Origin: Lentisphaerae bacterium RIFOXYA12_64_32
GTDB lineage: Bacteria; Verrucomicrobiota; Lentisphaeria; Oligosphaerales; YB12-FULL-65-16
Reading direction: 5' to 3'
Length of the DNA stretch: 64,000 bases
NCBI GenBank assembly: GCA_001803235.1
Contig: MHBL01000458.1
Location: 23,972-87,971 of the forward strand
This document shows positions 26,090 through 35,000 of the stretch, piece by piece. The notes below the pieces were generated by a model. The model searched no databases and had not been told where the DNA came from. It saw only the letters and a program-made list of their open reading frames with translations. Positions within the stretch are counted from its first letter, which is position 1, and each line of letters starts with the position of its first letter. The position numbers were made by a program, and so were the translations under genes.

Positions 26090-28339
26090 ATGTCCCTAAT
26101 GCCCCATCGACTGCCCTTCATCCTCCTTGTCACACTTACGCTGACATGCGGGGGCGTACCGGAGCCCGTTTCCGTTCTCGATCCGGTCGAGGAGGTACTA
26201 TCACCTGGCCAACCCGTGAAACGAGGGGTCGAGGAAATCGTTCCTGGCACCCCCCCAAAATCCGAAGAAGAGGTCATCGAGGCTCGTGCTTCTTTCCGCA
26301 AACAGTACCGTTTTCCCCCAGAAAACAACAACCTGACTGCCGCACAAACCCGCAAGGTTCGGCTGATTTATGAAATTGACATCACCCTGAGTGAGCAAAT
26401 CGATGCACTCAGTCAGCTCGCTAAACTCAACCTTGCCATCAGAAACATCCTTCCCCCCGAAACGTGGGAAAGCGTCGCCTCCATCCCCGATCTATCCTCT
26501 CAGCAAGTTAGCCTCAAGGTCCTCGATAGCCTTTACGCCGTCCGTAACAACTTATCGAGGAGTGGCGAGCTTGCTCGGCGGGAGACCCGGCGTACCGACC
26601 GGAATCTGGACCTGGCCACCCGAAGCTACGAGCGCGCGGAAAAGCAACGCATGGATTTCGAGGACCGGACCGGCGCGGAAGATTCCAACAGCTCCATCGT
26701 TACCGATCGGGAAACGGCCGCCCTCGCCAGTCAGGCCGCAGAGGAAAAACTCGCCTTACGCCGGTTGCAGTCGCGGCTCGCCCAAGCGGAGTTAGCCCTT
26801 GTCGATAACAAAATCGAACGCTTCCAGCCCTTCCTTGCAGATCACCGGCTTAGAGTAATTTTCTCGCCGGAACATGTTCAAGAACAAATCGGCGCCTTTT
26901 CCGCCAAAGAAGCCGACCTGGAGAAATCCCTTCTCGCATCTCAGGAACAATTCGATCAACTGACTCCCAACGCTCCCGTCTCCACCGGGCTGGTTGCCGC
27001 GGAAGTTACGCCCGGTGAAACCGTCCGGCAACTCGCCCAATCCTACGGGCGCGACGCGGCCCACGCGCGAGTCTCCCTCAACCAGTCATGGATCAACCAC
27101 CTGAATATTCAACGACAATTCTACGGCCATCGCGTCGATTTCTATCAGAACAAAATCAAGCGTCGCCAGATGTCCGAGATCACCAGAGAGCTTGACCTGG
27201 AAATCCAGCGCCTGGAATCCGAAACCGATTATCTCAGGAACCGAATGGCGCAGGCCAGGCAGGATGCCGTTCGGATCGGCGACCAGTTTGCCGGGACCAC
27301 AGGCATTTCTCCACAACTGATTCAGTCGCTCCAGGATGCCGCCCAGGAAATCGTCGAAACCTTACGGATGGAGGCCTTGAGCACCGAATCCACACTATCC
27401 CGGCTTAGAAATTTCAACGATGAACTTCTTAACCGCACCTCCGGTTACACCTGGCACGAAATCCAGGCCATTCTTGGAGACCGACTGCCTCTGGCCTGGA
27501 ACTACCAGCTCTTCATCCTCAATGACAGAGCTTTCCGGGTTTCCACTTTGTTCTGGGTGGTTTTCTTGGTGGTGATCGGTTTTTTCTTTGCCCGCTATAT
27601 CAGCCGCACCGCCGGTTCCCTCCTGACGTCAAAGGCGCACCTCGCCCCGGGGGTCTCGGCCGCCTATGAGAAACTCGTCCTTTATCTCCTCGTCGTCGTC
27701 ATTTGTATTCTCATTTTCAACCTGTTCAACTTTTCGCTGACTTCCCTTACCGTGGTGAGTGGCGTCTTAGCTCTCGCCGTCGGATTTGGCAGCCAGGAGG
27801 TCCTCAAGAATTTCATCAGCGGCATCATCCTCCTCATCGAACGCCCGGTTCACAAAGGCGATCTCATCGAAATGGATGGCCGGATTCTCAAAGTGGAGAG
27901 CATCGGCCTGCGCAGCACCCAGGTCCTCGACTTCGATAACTCCCAGAAGATCGTCCCGAACAGTCTGCTCCTTGAGAACGTCATCACCAACTGGACCCTG
28001 TCCGATAATATCCTCCGATCGACCATCCCGGTTGGGGTGGCCTACGGTTCCCCCACCCGAAAAACTGCCGAAGTGCTGCTGGAGGCCACCCGTTCCACCG
28101 AAGGCGTGTTGGCCAGTCCGGAACCGTTTGCTCTCTTTTCCGACTTTGGCGATAGCGCCCTCGGATTCACCATTTATTTCTGGACCAATACCGCCGACCG
28201 CCTCAAAATCTCCAGCGAAGCCCGGCATCGAATTGCGGAAGCCCTGGCCACCGAGAACATTGCCATCTCCTTCCCGCAGCACGACGTTCATCTGGATTCG
28301 CTCAACCCCATCCGCGTCGAATTGAGCCGCCAGTCGTGA
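26090..28339 (+). CDS. MscS family mechanosensitive channel with a long N-terminal coiled-coil/periplasmic region (MscK/KefA-like)
   Basis: The C-terminal block VVSGVLALAVGFGSQEVLKNFISGIILLIERPVHKGDLIEMDGRILKVESIGLRSTQV is the MscS pore/beta domain signature. A signal-like N-terminus and long heptad-like regions are present. The gene sits in a visibly lower-GC patch. Confidence 0.85.
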   Translation: MSLMPHRLPFILLVTLTLTCGGVPEPVSVLDPVEEVLSPGQPVKRGVEEIVPGTPPKSEEEVIEARASFRKQYRFPPENNNLTAAQTRKVRLIYEIDITLSEQIDALSQLAKLNLAIRNILPPETWESVASIPDLSSQQVSLKVLDSLYAVRNNLSRSGELARRETRRTDRNLDLATRSYERAEKQRMDFEDRTGAEDSNSSIVTDRETAALASQAAEEKLALRRLQSRLAQAELALVDNKIERFQPFLADHRLRVIFSPEHVQEQIGAFSAKEADLEKSLLASQEQFDQLTPNAPVSTGLVAAEVTPGETVRQLAQSYGRDAAHARVSLNQSWINHLNIQRQFYGHRVDFYQNKIKRRQMSEITRELDLEIQRLESETDYLRNRMAQARQDAVRIGDQFAGTTGISPQLIQSLQDAAQEIVETLRMEALSTESTLSRLRNFNDELLNRTSGYTWHEIQAILGDRLPLAWNYQLFILNDRAFRVSTLFWVVFLVVIGFFFARYISRTAGSLLTSKAHLAPGVSAAYEKLVLYLLVVVICILIFNLFNFSLTSLTVVSGVLALAVGFGSQEVLKNFISGIILLIERPVHKGDLIEMDGRILKVESIGLRSTQVLDFDNSQKIVPNSLLLENVITNWTLSDNILRSTIPVGVAYGSPTRKTAEVLLEATRSTEGVLASPEPFALFSDFGDSALGFTIYFWTNTADRLKISSEARHRIAEALATENIAISFPQHDVHLDSLNPIRVELSRQS

Positions 28340-28554
28340 GCGGTTACGAAGAATGGCTCCGGAACGGGCCATGAGCGACGTGACCAACCATGGCAAAGTC
28401 TGCTTTCTCAAAGTAATGTGATCGGTGGCCCGACGTCGGCTTGCGGAGACCGAATCCGTCTGGTGTTTGGCTCCTCCTGCCGCATCGGGAGTTCCACAAA
28501 GGCGATGGATACGGAGCCGGACAAGGAGCCGGATAGGGAGTAGAGGAGACGACA

Positions 28555-29256
28555 GTGAAAGTTTTCGGCGTTTCAGGATCGCCCATCCAGGACAGCAACA
28601 CGGACCGGGCGCTCAAGGCGGTGTTGGCCGCAACCGGCATGGAAACGGAGTTCATCAAGCTCAGCGACCACGTCGTGGCGCCGTGCAGCGCCTGCCTGGG
28701 CTGTGTGAAGACCAATCGCTGCGTGATTCAGGACGATGGGAACATGCTGGCGGACAAGGCAAAGCGTGCCGACGCGTTGGTCATCGCCGGTTTCACGCCG
28801 TATTCGACGCTCGATTCACGCACCAAGGCGTTCATCGAGCGCCTGTACCCACTGCGACACAACCATGGTTACATGGCGGGCAAGCCGGGCGCTGCGGTCA
28901 TCACCTCGTGCATGTCCGAGGGCAATCCGCAACTGCCGCCCGCCGCCGATATGGGCGTGAACGCCATCCAGTTTTACATGATGGAAGAAGGGATGCGCTT
29001 TGTCGGCGCGCTGAAGATCGAGGGCACCGTCCCGTGCATCCGTTGCGGGTTCGGCGACACCTGCAAGATGTCCGGCATCAAGATGCTCTACGGTCAGGCG
29101 GCGAGTATCGGCAGCATGGGCGTCAGGAGCTTCGAGCACCAACCGATCGCCCTCAGCGGCGCACGTGAGCTCGGCCAGAAACTCGCCGATGCGCTGATCG
29201 CACTGCAGACGATGAAAGAGCTACGGCCGAACCCCACCGCAGGGGTGACGCCATGA
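28555..29256 (+). CDS. iron-sulfur flavoprotein-like NAD(P)H-dependent FMN reductase (Isf/FMN_red family)
   Basis: The GTG start is preceded by GGAGGAG. The protein starts MKVFGVSGSPIQDSNTDRAL and has the compact Cys motif CSACLGCVKTNRC (C-x2-C-x2-C-x5-C) followed by ADALVIAGFTPYS. It is a paralog of 45222..45779. Confidence 0.75.
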   Translation: MKVFGVSGSPIQDSNTDRALKAVLAATGMETEFIKLSDHVVAPCSACLGCVKTNRCVIQDDGNMLADKAKRADALVIAGFTPYSTLDSRTKAFIERLYPLRHNHGYMAGKPGAAVITSCMSEGNPQLPPAADMGVNAIQFYMMEEGMRFVGALKIEGTVPCIRCGFGDTCKMSGIKMLYGQAASIGSMGVRSFEHQPIALSGARELGQKLADALIALQTMKELRPNPTAGVTP

Positions 29257-30020
29257 TCATCGATATCAATGCGTTCTCTGGGCACTGGCCATTCGAGCGG
29301 CTGCCAAATACCGAGCCGGTCGCGCTGGCGCGACACCTGCGGAGTCACGGGATCGGCAAGGCGCTGGTCTCGCCCATTGAGGGCATCTTCTACAAGAGTC
29401 CGCAGGACGCGAACGAGCAGATGTTCGGGCAACTCCGGCGCTGTCCGCGCCTCCTGCCGGTCGCGGTGGCGGATCCGACCGCGCCCTGCTGGGAGGCGCA
29501 CCTGCGGCGAAACGTCGAGGCCCACCGCATCCGCGCCGCGAAATTGCACCCGAACTACCACGGCTACGGCATGGCCGCACCCGAGACGCAGGCGCTTCTC
29601 CGTGTCGCGGACGCGTTGCGCCTGCCGCTGATCGTCCAGCTCCAGATGGAGGACCAGCGCACGCACTCGCCCTTGATGAAAGTGCCGCCCGTCGATCCGG
29701 CCGCGGTGCTGAAGGCGCTCCCGGCGGAAATGACGTCGCCGGTCATCCTCGGCGGCCTGATGCTCGGGGATCTGAACCGCCTCGCCGTGGAGATCGCCAA
29801 ACGCCCGAACGTCTACGTCGAACTGTCGTGGCTCGAGGTCATGGACTGCATGGCCACGGTGCTGAAGGCGATCGACGCCAGCCGCCTGCTCTTTGCCACG
29901 CACCTGCCGTTCTTCTTTGCGGAGTGCGCACTGGCCAAGATCAGGGAAGGTCGGTTGCCGCGGAAGGTTGAAACCGCCATCCTCGCCGGCAACGCCCGCC
30001 GCGTGTTCGAGTTAGACTGA
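29253..30020 (+). CDS. Amidohydro_2-like TIM-barrel protein lacking the N-terminal HxH motif
   Basis: The protein starts MIIDINAFSGHWPF (DINAF where the paralog has DVHTH). The family-like tail is LLFATHLPFF...ILAGNARRVFEL. Its ATG overlaps the upstream stop (ATGA at 29253-29256). Confidence 0.7.
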   Translation: MIIDINAFSGHWPFERLPNTEPVALARHLRSHGIGKALVSPIEGIFYKSPQDANEQMFGQLRRCPRLLPVAVADPTAPCWEAHLRRNVEAHRIRAAKLHPNYHGYGMAAPETQALLRVADALRLPLIVQLQMEDQRTHSPLMKVPPVDPAAVLKALPAEMTSPVILGGLMLGDLNRLAVEIAKRPNVYVELSWLEVMDCMATVLKAIDASRLLFATHLPFFFAECALAKIREGRLPRKVETAILAGNARRVFELD

Positions 30021-30071
30021 GGTGGCCGCGCCGTACCCGGTGCGCTCGCTGAAGACTCGCGCCTACTTCCG

Positions 30072-30216
30072 CCTGAATGGGCGTGTCGATTTAGTGCGGC
30101 GGCAGGCCTTCCAGAGTGGCGGGAGCGGCTCGCTCCCGCATGCCGGACCGAGCCGGTCCGGCCACTTTGGGCGTGGTTGCGCATTTGAGGTGGCCAAATC
30201 GACACGCCCTGAATGG
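30072..30216. mobile_element. repeat family A, copy A3 (127-bp element at 30081-30207) flanked by a 9-bp direct repeat
   Basis: The termini GCGTGTCGAT (30081-30090) and ATCGACACGC (30198-30207) are perfect inverted repeats. CCTGAATGG is repeated at 30072-30080 and 30208-30216. The internal core CAGAGTGGCGGGAGCGGCTCGCTCCCGCAT is shared with 6878-6905. A B-like end CGGGACTCAAG follows. Confidence 0.75.
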
Positions 30217-30352
30217 CGGGACTCAAGCTTGAAACGTCCGTTCCCCGCCTGAGGTCCGGCCTTCAGCCGGGCGCGCGGCACGTCGCCGTGCACCCCCCCA
30301 TGCCACCGTCAGGCATCGCCGCCCGGGTCGTGCGGCGAACCTTGAGCCATCG

Positions 30353-31504
30353 TCAGGCACAGCGCGACAGCCGCTGGTCCGGCCACAGGGCCCAGAACCG
30401 CCTCCGACCCTCGGCGCTGACCCAGGTAGCGATCTCCGCACGCGTGCCGCCGTTCTGCAGGGCGGCGCGAACTTCTTTCCCGGCCTGGATGAGGGCCTGG
30501 ACCTTCGCCACGGTCGCCGCGTCGCACATGCAACTGCCCTCGAAGTGCGTGCACACCTGACTGGCGCCGTCCGCCACCGCCTGAAACACGAAGTCGCGCA
30601 CGTCGTGGCAGCTCATGGTCCGGTAGTGAAAGCTGCCGAGGCGCCAGAGGAACGGGACACGGCAACGCGCGGCGATCACTTTCGGGTCGAGGTCAGCCGA
30701 GATCGACGGGTCGTAGAAGCACAACCCGATGTCCTCCAGGAACGGCAACTGATCCGGCTTGAGATTTTCCACGTGCGCCGAGCGCGTGCCGGTGGTCATG
30801 CCGCTGTAGTACTGGTCCCAGTACGGTAGCACGAACTCTTCCCACAGGCGCGGCGGCAGCATGGACGAGAGATCGTCACACATTCCCGCACTGCTGGGGT
30901 TCAGCGGTTCTCGGCCGTCGAGGCGGCAGCGGAACGCGTGGAAATCCAGGATGCTGGCGGTCAGCAACCGCAGGAACTCCTTCGTCTTCTCCGGTTCGTC
31001 GAAGGGGTCGAGGAAGAACGCGTCGCCGCGCAGTTCGTAGGCGGTCGTTATCGGGCCCTCCAAGCCATAGCTGAGCCCGACTGCTTCGCCCGGGAATGCG
31101 GCCCGCAGTTTCTCGCGGAACTCCAGGTAGAACGGCGCCATGCCGGCCGTCGCGAAGTCCACCGGCCGGCGAAGTACCTCGATGCCGTGGTCGAGCGAAT
31201 CGGCGCACAGATGTTCGACCGCGACCTCGCCGCCTTCGGGAAAGTACAACTTGGCCCCGAGCCCGCTCGGGTGCCCGTAGGACACCGGCGGTGTGGCCGG
31301 ACCGGGCAGGGACACATCCGGGCCGAAGAGTTCCTTGGCGCGAACCCGGCCTGTCCGGTACGCCTCGATGCATGCGTTGGGATCCTGGAAGAACTCGTGG
31401 ATTGGCACGTTTGCCAGCTCAATGTAGGACAGGTACGTGGCGCCGACATGCCAGGAGAATGTCGTCTTCGCTCGCGCTGTTTCATAGTCAGGTCGCTTGT
31501 ACAT
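30353..31504 (-). CDS. uroporphyrinogen decarboxylase (URO-D)-like superfamily protein, function unknown
   Basis: This lies in the 30353..31627 ORF. ATG 31504 gives MYKRPDYETARAK... The length (383 aa) and overall pattern resemble URO-D/MtaA-like TIM barrels often found in glycan loci. The assignment is by resemblance only. Confidence 0.55.
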   Translation of the reverse strand: MYKRPDYETARAKTTFSWHVGATYLSYIELANVPIHEFFQDPNACIEAYRTGRVRAKELFGPDVSLPGPATPPVSYGHPSGLGAKLYFPEGGEVAVEHLCADSLDHGIEVLRRPVDFATAGMAPFYLEFREKLRAAFPGEAVGLSYGLEGPITTAYELRGDAFFLDPFDEPEKTKEFLRLLTASILDFHAFRCRLDGREPLNPSSAGMCDDLSSMLPPRLWEEFVLPYWDQYYSGMTTGTRSAHVENLKPDQLPFLEDIGLCFYDPSISADLDPKVIAARCRVPFLWRLGSFHYRTMSCHDVRDFVFQAVADGASQVCTHFEGSCMCDAATVAKVQALIQAGKEVRAALQNGGTRAEIATWVSAEGRRRFWALWPDQRLSRCA

Positions 31505-31719
31505 CGGGAAATCCTTTCTTGTTGTTGGGACGAGTGTCGGGTGTCGAGGGGGGCGGGGCAGCATCTGATCGGACGAATCCGACGGATCAGGCAGAGATCT
31601 CCTCCTCTGAAACCCGAGACTTCTCATCGCGCCTTTCGCCTCGTCGCCCGTCTCGGCATCTCGGGATCTTCGAGATCGTCGAGTTCTCGCTCCGCGCCCA
31701 CCCGTCTACTGCCTGTCGC

Positions 31720-32517
31720 CTACACTCGGCTCCGGTTGACGCCCCGGCGGTAAGCGCGGGGCGCAACCCCGCTCTGTTCCCGGAACCAGCGTGAAAAGTA
31801 CGCCTGGTCGTCGAAGCCGAAGTCCCTGGCGACGTCGCGCACCGGCCGGTCGCTGTGCCCCAGGGCCACGCAGACGCGTCCGAAACGTTGCCGGTCCCAG
31901 AACTGGCGCGCCGATGTGCCGTAGGCGTCCCGGAACAACCGATTCATCTGGCTGACGCTCAGTGCGCAGGCCGCCGCCAGGCGCGGCGCCGAATAGCGCG
32001 TCGAGCGCGGCGCCGTCAGTTGCAGATGCAGCCGCTCCGCGCGCGGGTCCACCGGCCGGTCCTGCGCCGGGGCCAGTTCTGTCGTGCTCAAGTGCCGCAG
32101 GACCACGTCGTGCGCCAGCGCCGCGAGCCGGACCGTGTCGGGCCCGCGCTGCTGCAGCAACCGTTCCATGTCCCGCAACACGCGTTCGATGGCGCCAAAG
32201 TCCTGTGGGCGGAAGAGCCGCGGCAGGGACCAGCGGTCCTGCATCGGCGTCCCGTCCGCCAGCCACAACTGGTAGTGGATATTGAGCATCTCGAACGTCG
32301 GCCGGATGCTGAACGTGAACGGTGTGTACGGCGGAATGGTCGCAACCACGCCCGGTTCAAGCGGGTGCGAACTCCCTTGCAGGTGCAATACGGCGCGGCC
32401 CTGCGTGATGTGCAGCAGGTGCAAGTCCTCGTTGACCTGCGCTTTCGGGCCACTCGTGGGCCGCGCATGGAGTACGGGGCAGAACGAGTTGAACTGGAAT
32501 CTGTGCCTTTCGAGCAT
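31720..32517 (-). CDS. AraC/XylS family transcriptional regulator
   Basis: It has a cupin-like N-terminus (LHLLHITQGRAVLHLQG) and a C-terminal HTH pair (APRLAAACALSVSQMNRLFRDAYG...VARDFGFDDQAYFSRWFREQSGVAPRAYRR). Confidence 0.85.
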   Translation of the reverse strand: MLERHRFQFNSFCPVLHARPTSGPKAQVNEDLHLLHITQGRAVLHLQGSSHPLEPGVVATIPPYTPFTFSIRPTFEMLNIHYQLWLADGTPMQDRWSLPRLFRPQDFGAIERVLRDMERLLQQRGPDTVRLAALAHDVVLRHLSTTELAPAQDRPVDPRAERLHLQLTAPRSTRYSAPRLAAACALSVSQMNRLFRDAYGTSARQFWDRQRFGRVCVALGHSDRPVRDVARDFGFDDQAYFSRWFREQSGVAPRAYRRGVNRSRV

Positions 32518-32785
32518 ACGAATATCCGAGAAGAACGTGTATGTGTATCGTATCTAATTGTGAATATGCCATGTAAGTTGATTATCGGCAACATCACATT
32601 CGGCGCAAGTATTAGGACTTTTAGCGCATTTCACTCAGGGGGACCGACGCATGGGTGGTCCTCCGCCGTGGGGCGATGGCGCCGCCCTTTCACGTGCCGC
32701 AGGTTGGGAGTGGACAGCGTGAAGGGCGAAGCACAACTCCGAAAGCGGGCAGGCGTTTGGCCATTTGGCCCGCAGTGTCCGTTTC

Positions 32786-34957
32786 CTACCCGCGCGGCTG
32801 GAAAACGACCGACCATGCAACCTGTCCCGCCTGGTGCGGGCGCAGCGTTACGGTGACAATGCCGTCTGTGGCGGGTGTGAATTCTGACGGGACCTCGCTG
32901 ACGGCGCGGACGGTCGCGAACCCGGTCGGGACGTGGAGCGTGAGCGTGTACGGTTCGCCGCCGACCGCTTGAGACGTCCCCGTCAGGACAGACCTGTCCG
33001 CATCCCAATGGACCGAGACCAGGTCGTGGCCGCCCTGGCTGATGTGCCGTGACGTGGACAGGAGCTGCGGGCGGTCCATCTGCCGGCGGATGCAGAGCAC
33101 CGTGGAGGCGAACGGGGCGAGGTCGAGTTCCAGGGCGCGGTTGTGCGTGCCGAGGAAACGCTTCTGCCAGAAGTCGTAGACCAGGTACGATTCGCCGCTG
33201 CCCGCTGCCAGATGCAGATCGGTTGCCAGGTCGATGCGGACATGGCGCGCGTCGCCGGTGGTGTTGAACACATCGATCACGTTCCACTGTTCGAACGGCT
33301 TGGCCACCACGAGGTTGAGCACCGCGAGCCCGGCGTCCATGGCGTGTTCGTCCAAGTCCATGGGATGAATGTCGAGCACCGGCATGATGCGGCGGAGCAG
33401 TTCGACGCGCTCGGGTTGCAGTGCGGGCAGGTGGTCGCCGAGCGTGACCGGTGTCCCGGTCATGGCGGTGAACGAGACGCGGGATGTGGCCTGATCCAGG
33501 GTGTTGAACTCATCGCGGATCACGACGTTGTCCATGTCTGCGTAGAACAGGATGTTGTTGAAGCAGAGGTACGTGAACGCGCGTTCGACGGCTTGCTTGA
33601 CGTATTCTTCCCAGTTGAAGATGTCGCCGCCGATTCGGCCGCCGTCGAACAGGTCGATGGCCAGCGTGATGTCGCGGAACATGTGTCCGGAGCAGGACAT
33701 CATGTACCGCGCCGGGCCGATGACGTCGCGTGCGGCCTGGACGAGGCCGCGCACGGCGGCATCGGAGGTCATCGCCGGGTTGCGGAACTGGGCGTGGTGC
33801 TGGTCGGCGACCCAGAGTGACATGGGGATAATGTCCCACTTGAACGCTTCGTAGCCCCAGTCGAGGAGTTGTCGGAACACTTTGGGAATGAAGGTCTTGA
33901 TGACTTCAGGATGGCTGGGGTCGAGCCACCATCGGCCACACCAGGCGGGCTGTTCGGCGAGGATACAATCCGGGTGCTCGAGCAGGAATGCATTGCGGTT
34001 CGGGTCGTTGGTGGGGCCAATCCAGATGGCGGGGACCAGGCCGAGCTTGCGGATCTCGTCCGAGACGTGCTTCATGCCGTTCGGGTACCGGCGTGGGTCG
34101 GGGCAGAACGTGTTGATATCAGGCAGTTCCGGCACTTTCGTATCCAGCTTGCTGTGGTACCACTCCCAGTCGACCCAGATGCAATTGGCGCCGTACGGGG
34201 CGAGGTGCGCGGCCTGCCAGCGGGCGTTGTCCAGGACCATCTTTTCCGAGGCATTGAACTTGACCGCGTACCAGGTCATCCAGCCGATGGGCGGCGTTTT
34301 GAATTGGGTCTCGCCACGCACCGGGCGGTACGGGACAAAGAACTTGCGTGCGAAGTAGTTCTCGTGGACGGTCAGCGTCAGGCTGTGGTTCAGGTTGCGC
34401 TGTTTTGAATCGGCACGGAAGCTGTGGCAGTGTTTCTGCCACTCGAAGCCCAGGGCCACGTGCAGTGGGCCGGTCGCTTCCAGCGCCGCGTCGGTGCGCC
34501 GGTCGAACAGGGCGTTGTCAATGCTTGACACGGCCGGGCCGCAGCCGACGCGCAGGTCGCCGGCCTTGCGGTCCAGCCGCACGGCGAACGTTGAGGTCGC
34601 CGGGGTCGCACCCCAGTGCAGGTCGCCGGTCAGTTCCACGTCGCATTCGGTTCGGGACTGGACACTGAGTTCGATCGTGTGGCTGAGGGCGACGAAGACC
34701 AGGTCCAGCTCCGGCAGGTGCGCCGGGCCTTCCGTGAGGGTAACGACCAACCGCCGGCCCTTGAACAGGTCCTCGCGTTTGCACGCGACCGCGCCGAACT
34801 CGGCACACGTCACGGGCGTTTGGCCCGCAGCGGGCCGTATGGCGACGCAGCCTTGTCGGAGGAAGTCGCCCATGTCCCCCCAGGCGCAGGAGAACACGCG
34901 CTGCGTGCCGTCGAACTCGACACTGGCTTTCTGGTAGTTGACATACGCATCATCCAT
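32786..34957 (-). CDS. clan GH-D (GH27/GH36-like) alpha-galactosidase-like glycoside hydrolase
   Basis: This lies in the 32786..35134 ORF. ATG 34957 (MDDAYVNYQK...) is preceded by GAAGGA. It carries PPIGWMTWY, CIWVDWEWYH and GYEAFKWDII (a KWD nucleophile-like context). Confidence 0.7.
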   Translation of the reverse strand: MDDAYVNYQKASVEFDGTQRVFSCAWGDMGDFLRQGCVAIRPAAGQTPVTCAEFGAVACKREDLFKGRRLVVTLTEGPAHLPELDLVFVALSHTIELSVQSRTECDVELTGDLHWGATPATSTFAVRLDRKAGDLRVGCGPAVSSIDNALFDRRTDAALEATGPLHVALGFEWQKHCHSFRADSKQRNLNHSLTLTVHENYFARKFFVPYRPVRGETQFKTPPIGWMTWYAVKFNASEKMVLDNARWQAAHLAPYGANCIWVDWEWYHSKLDTKVPELPDINTFCPDPRRYPNGMKHVSDEIRKLGLVPAIWIGPTNDPNRNAFLLEHPDCILAEQPAWCGRWWLDPSHPEVIKTFIPKVFRQLLDWGYEAFKWDIIPMSLWVADQHHAQFRNPAMTSDAAVRGLVQAARDVIGPARYMMSCSGHMFRDITLAIDLFDGGRIGGDIFNWEEYVKQAVERAFTYLCFNNILFYADMDNVVIRDEFNTLDQATSRVSFTAMTGTPVTLGDHLPALQPERVELLRRIMPVLDIHPMDLDEHAMDAGLAVLNLVVAKPFEQWNVIDVFNTTGDARHVRIDLATDLHLAAGSGESYLVYDFWQKRFLGTHNRALELDLAPFASTVLCIRRQMDRPQLLSTSRHISQGGHDLVSVHWDADRSVLTGTSQAVGGEPYTLTLHVPTGFATVRAVSEVPSEFTPATDGIVTVTLRPHQAGQVAWSVVFQPRG

Positions 34958-35000
34958 GGTCTTGAGTCCTTCGATTTCGTTCAGATGCAGTTCCGCGGGT

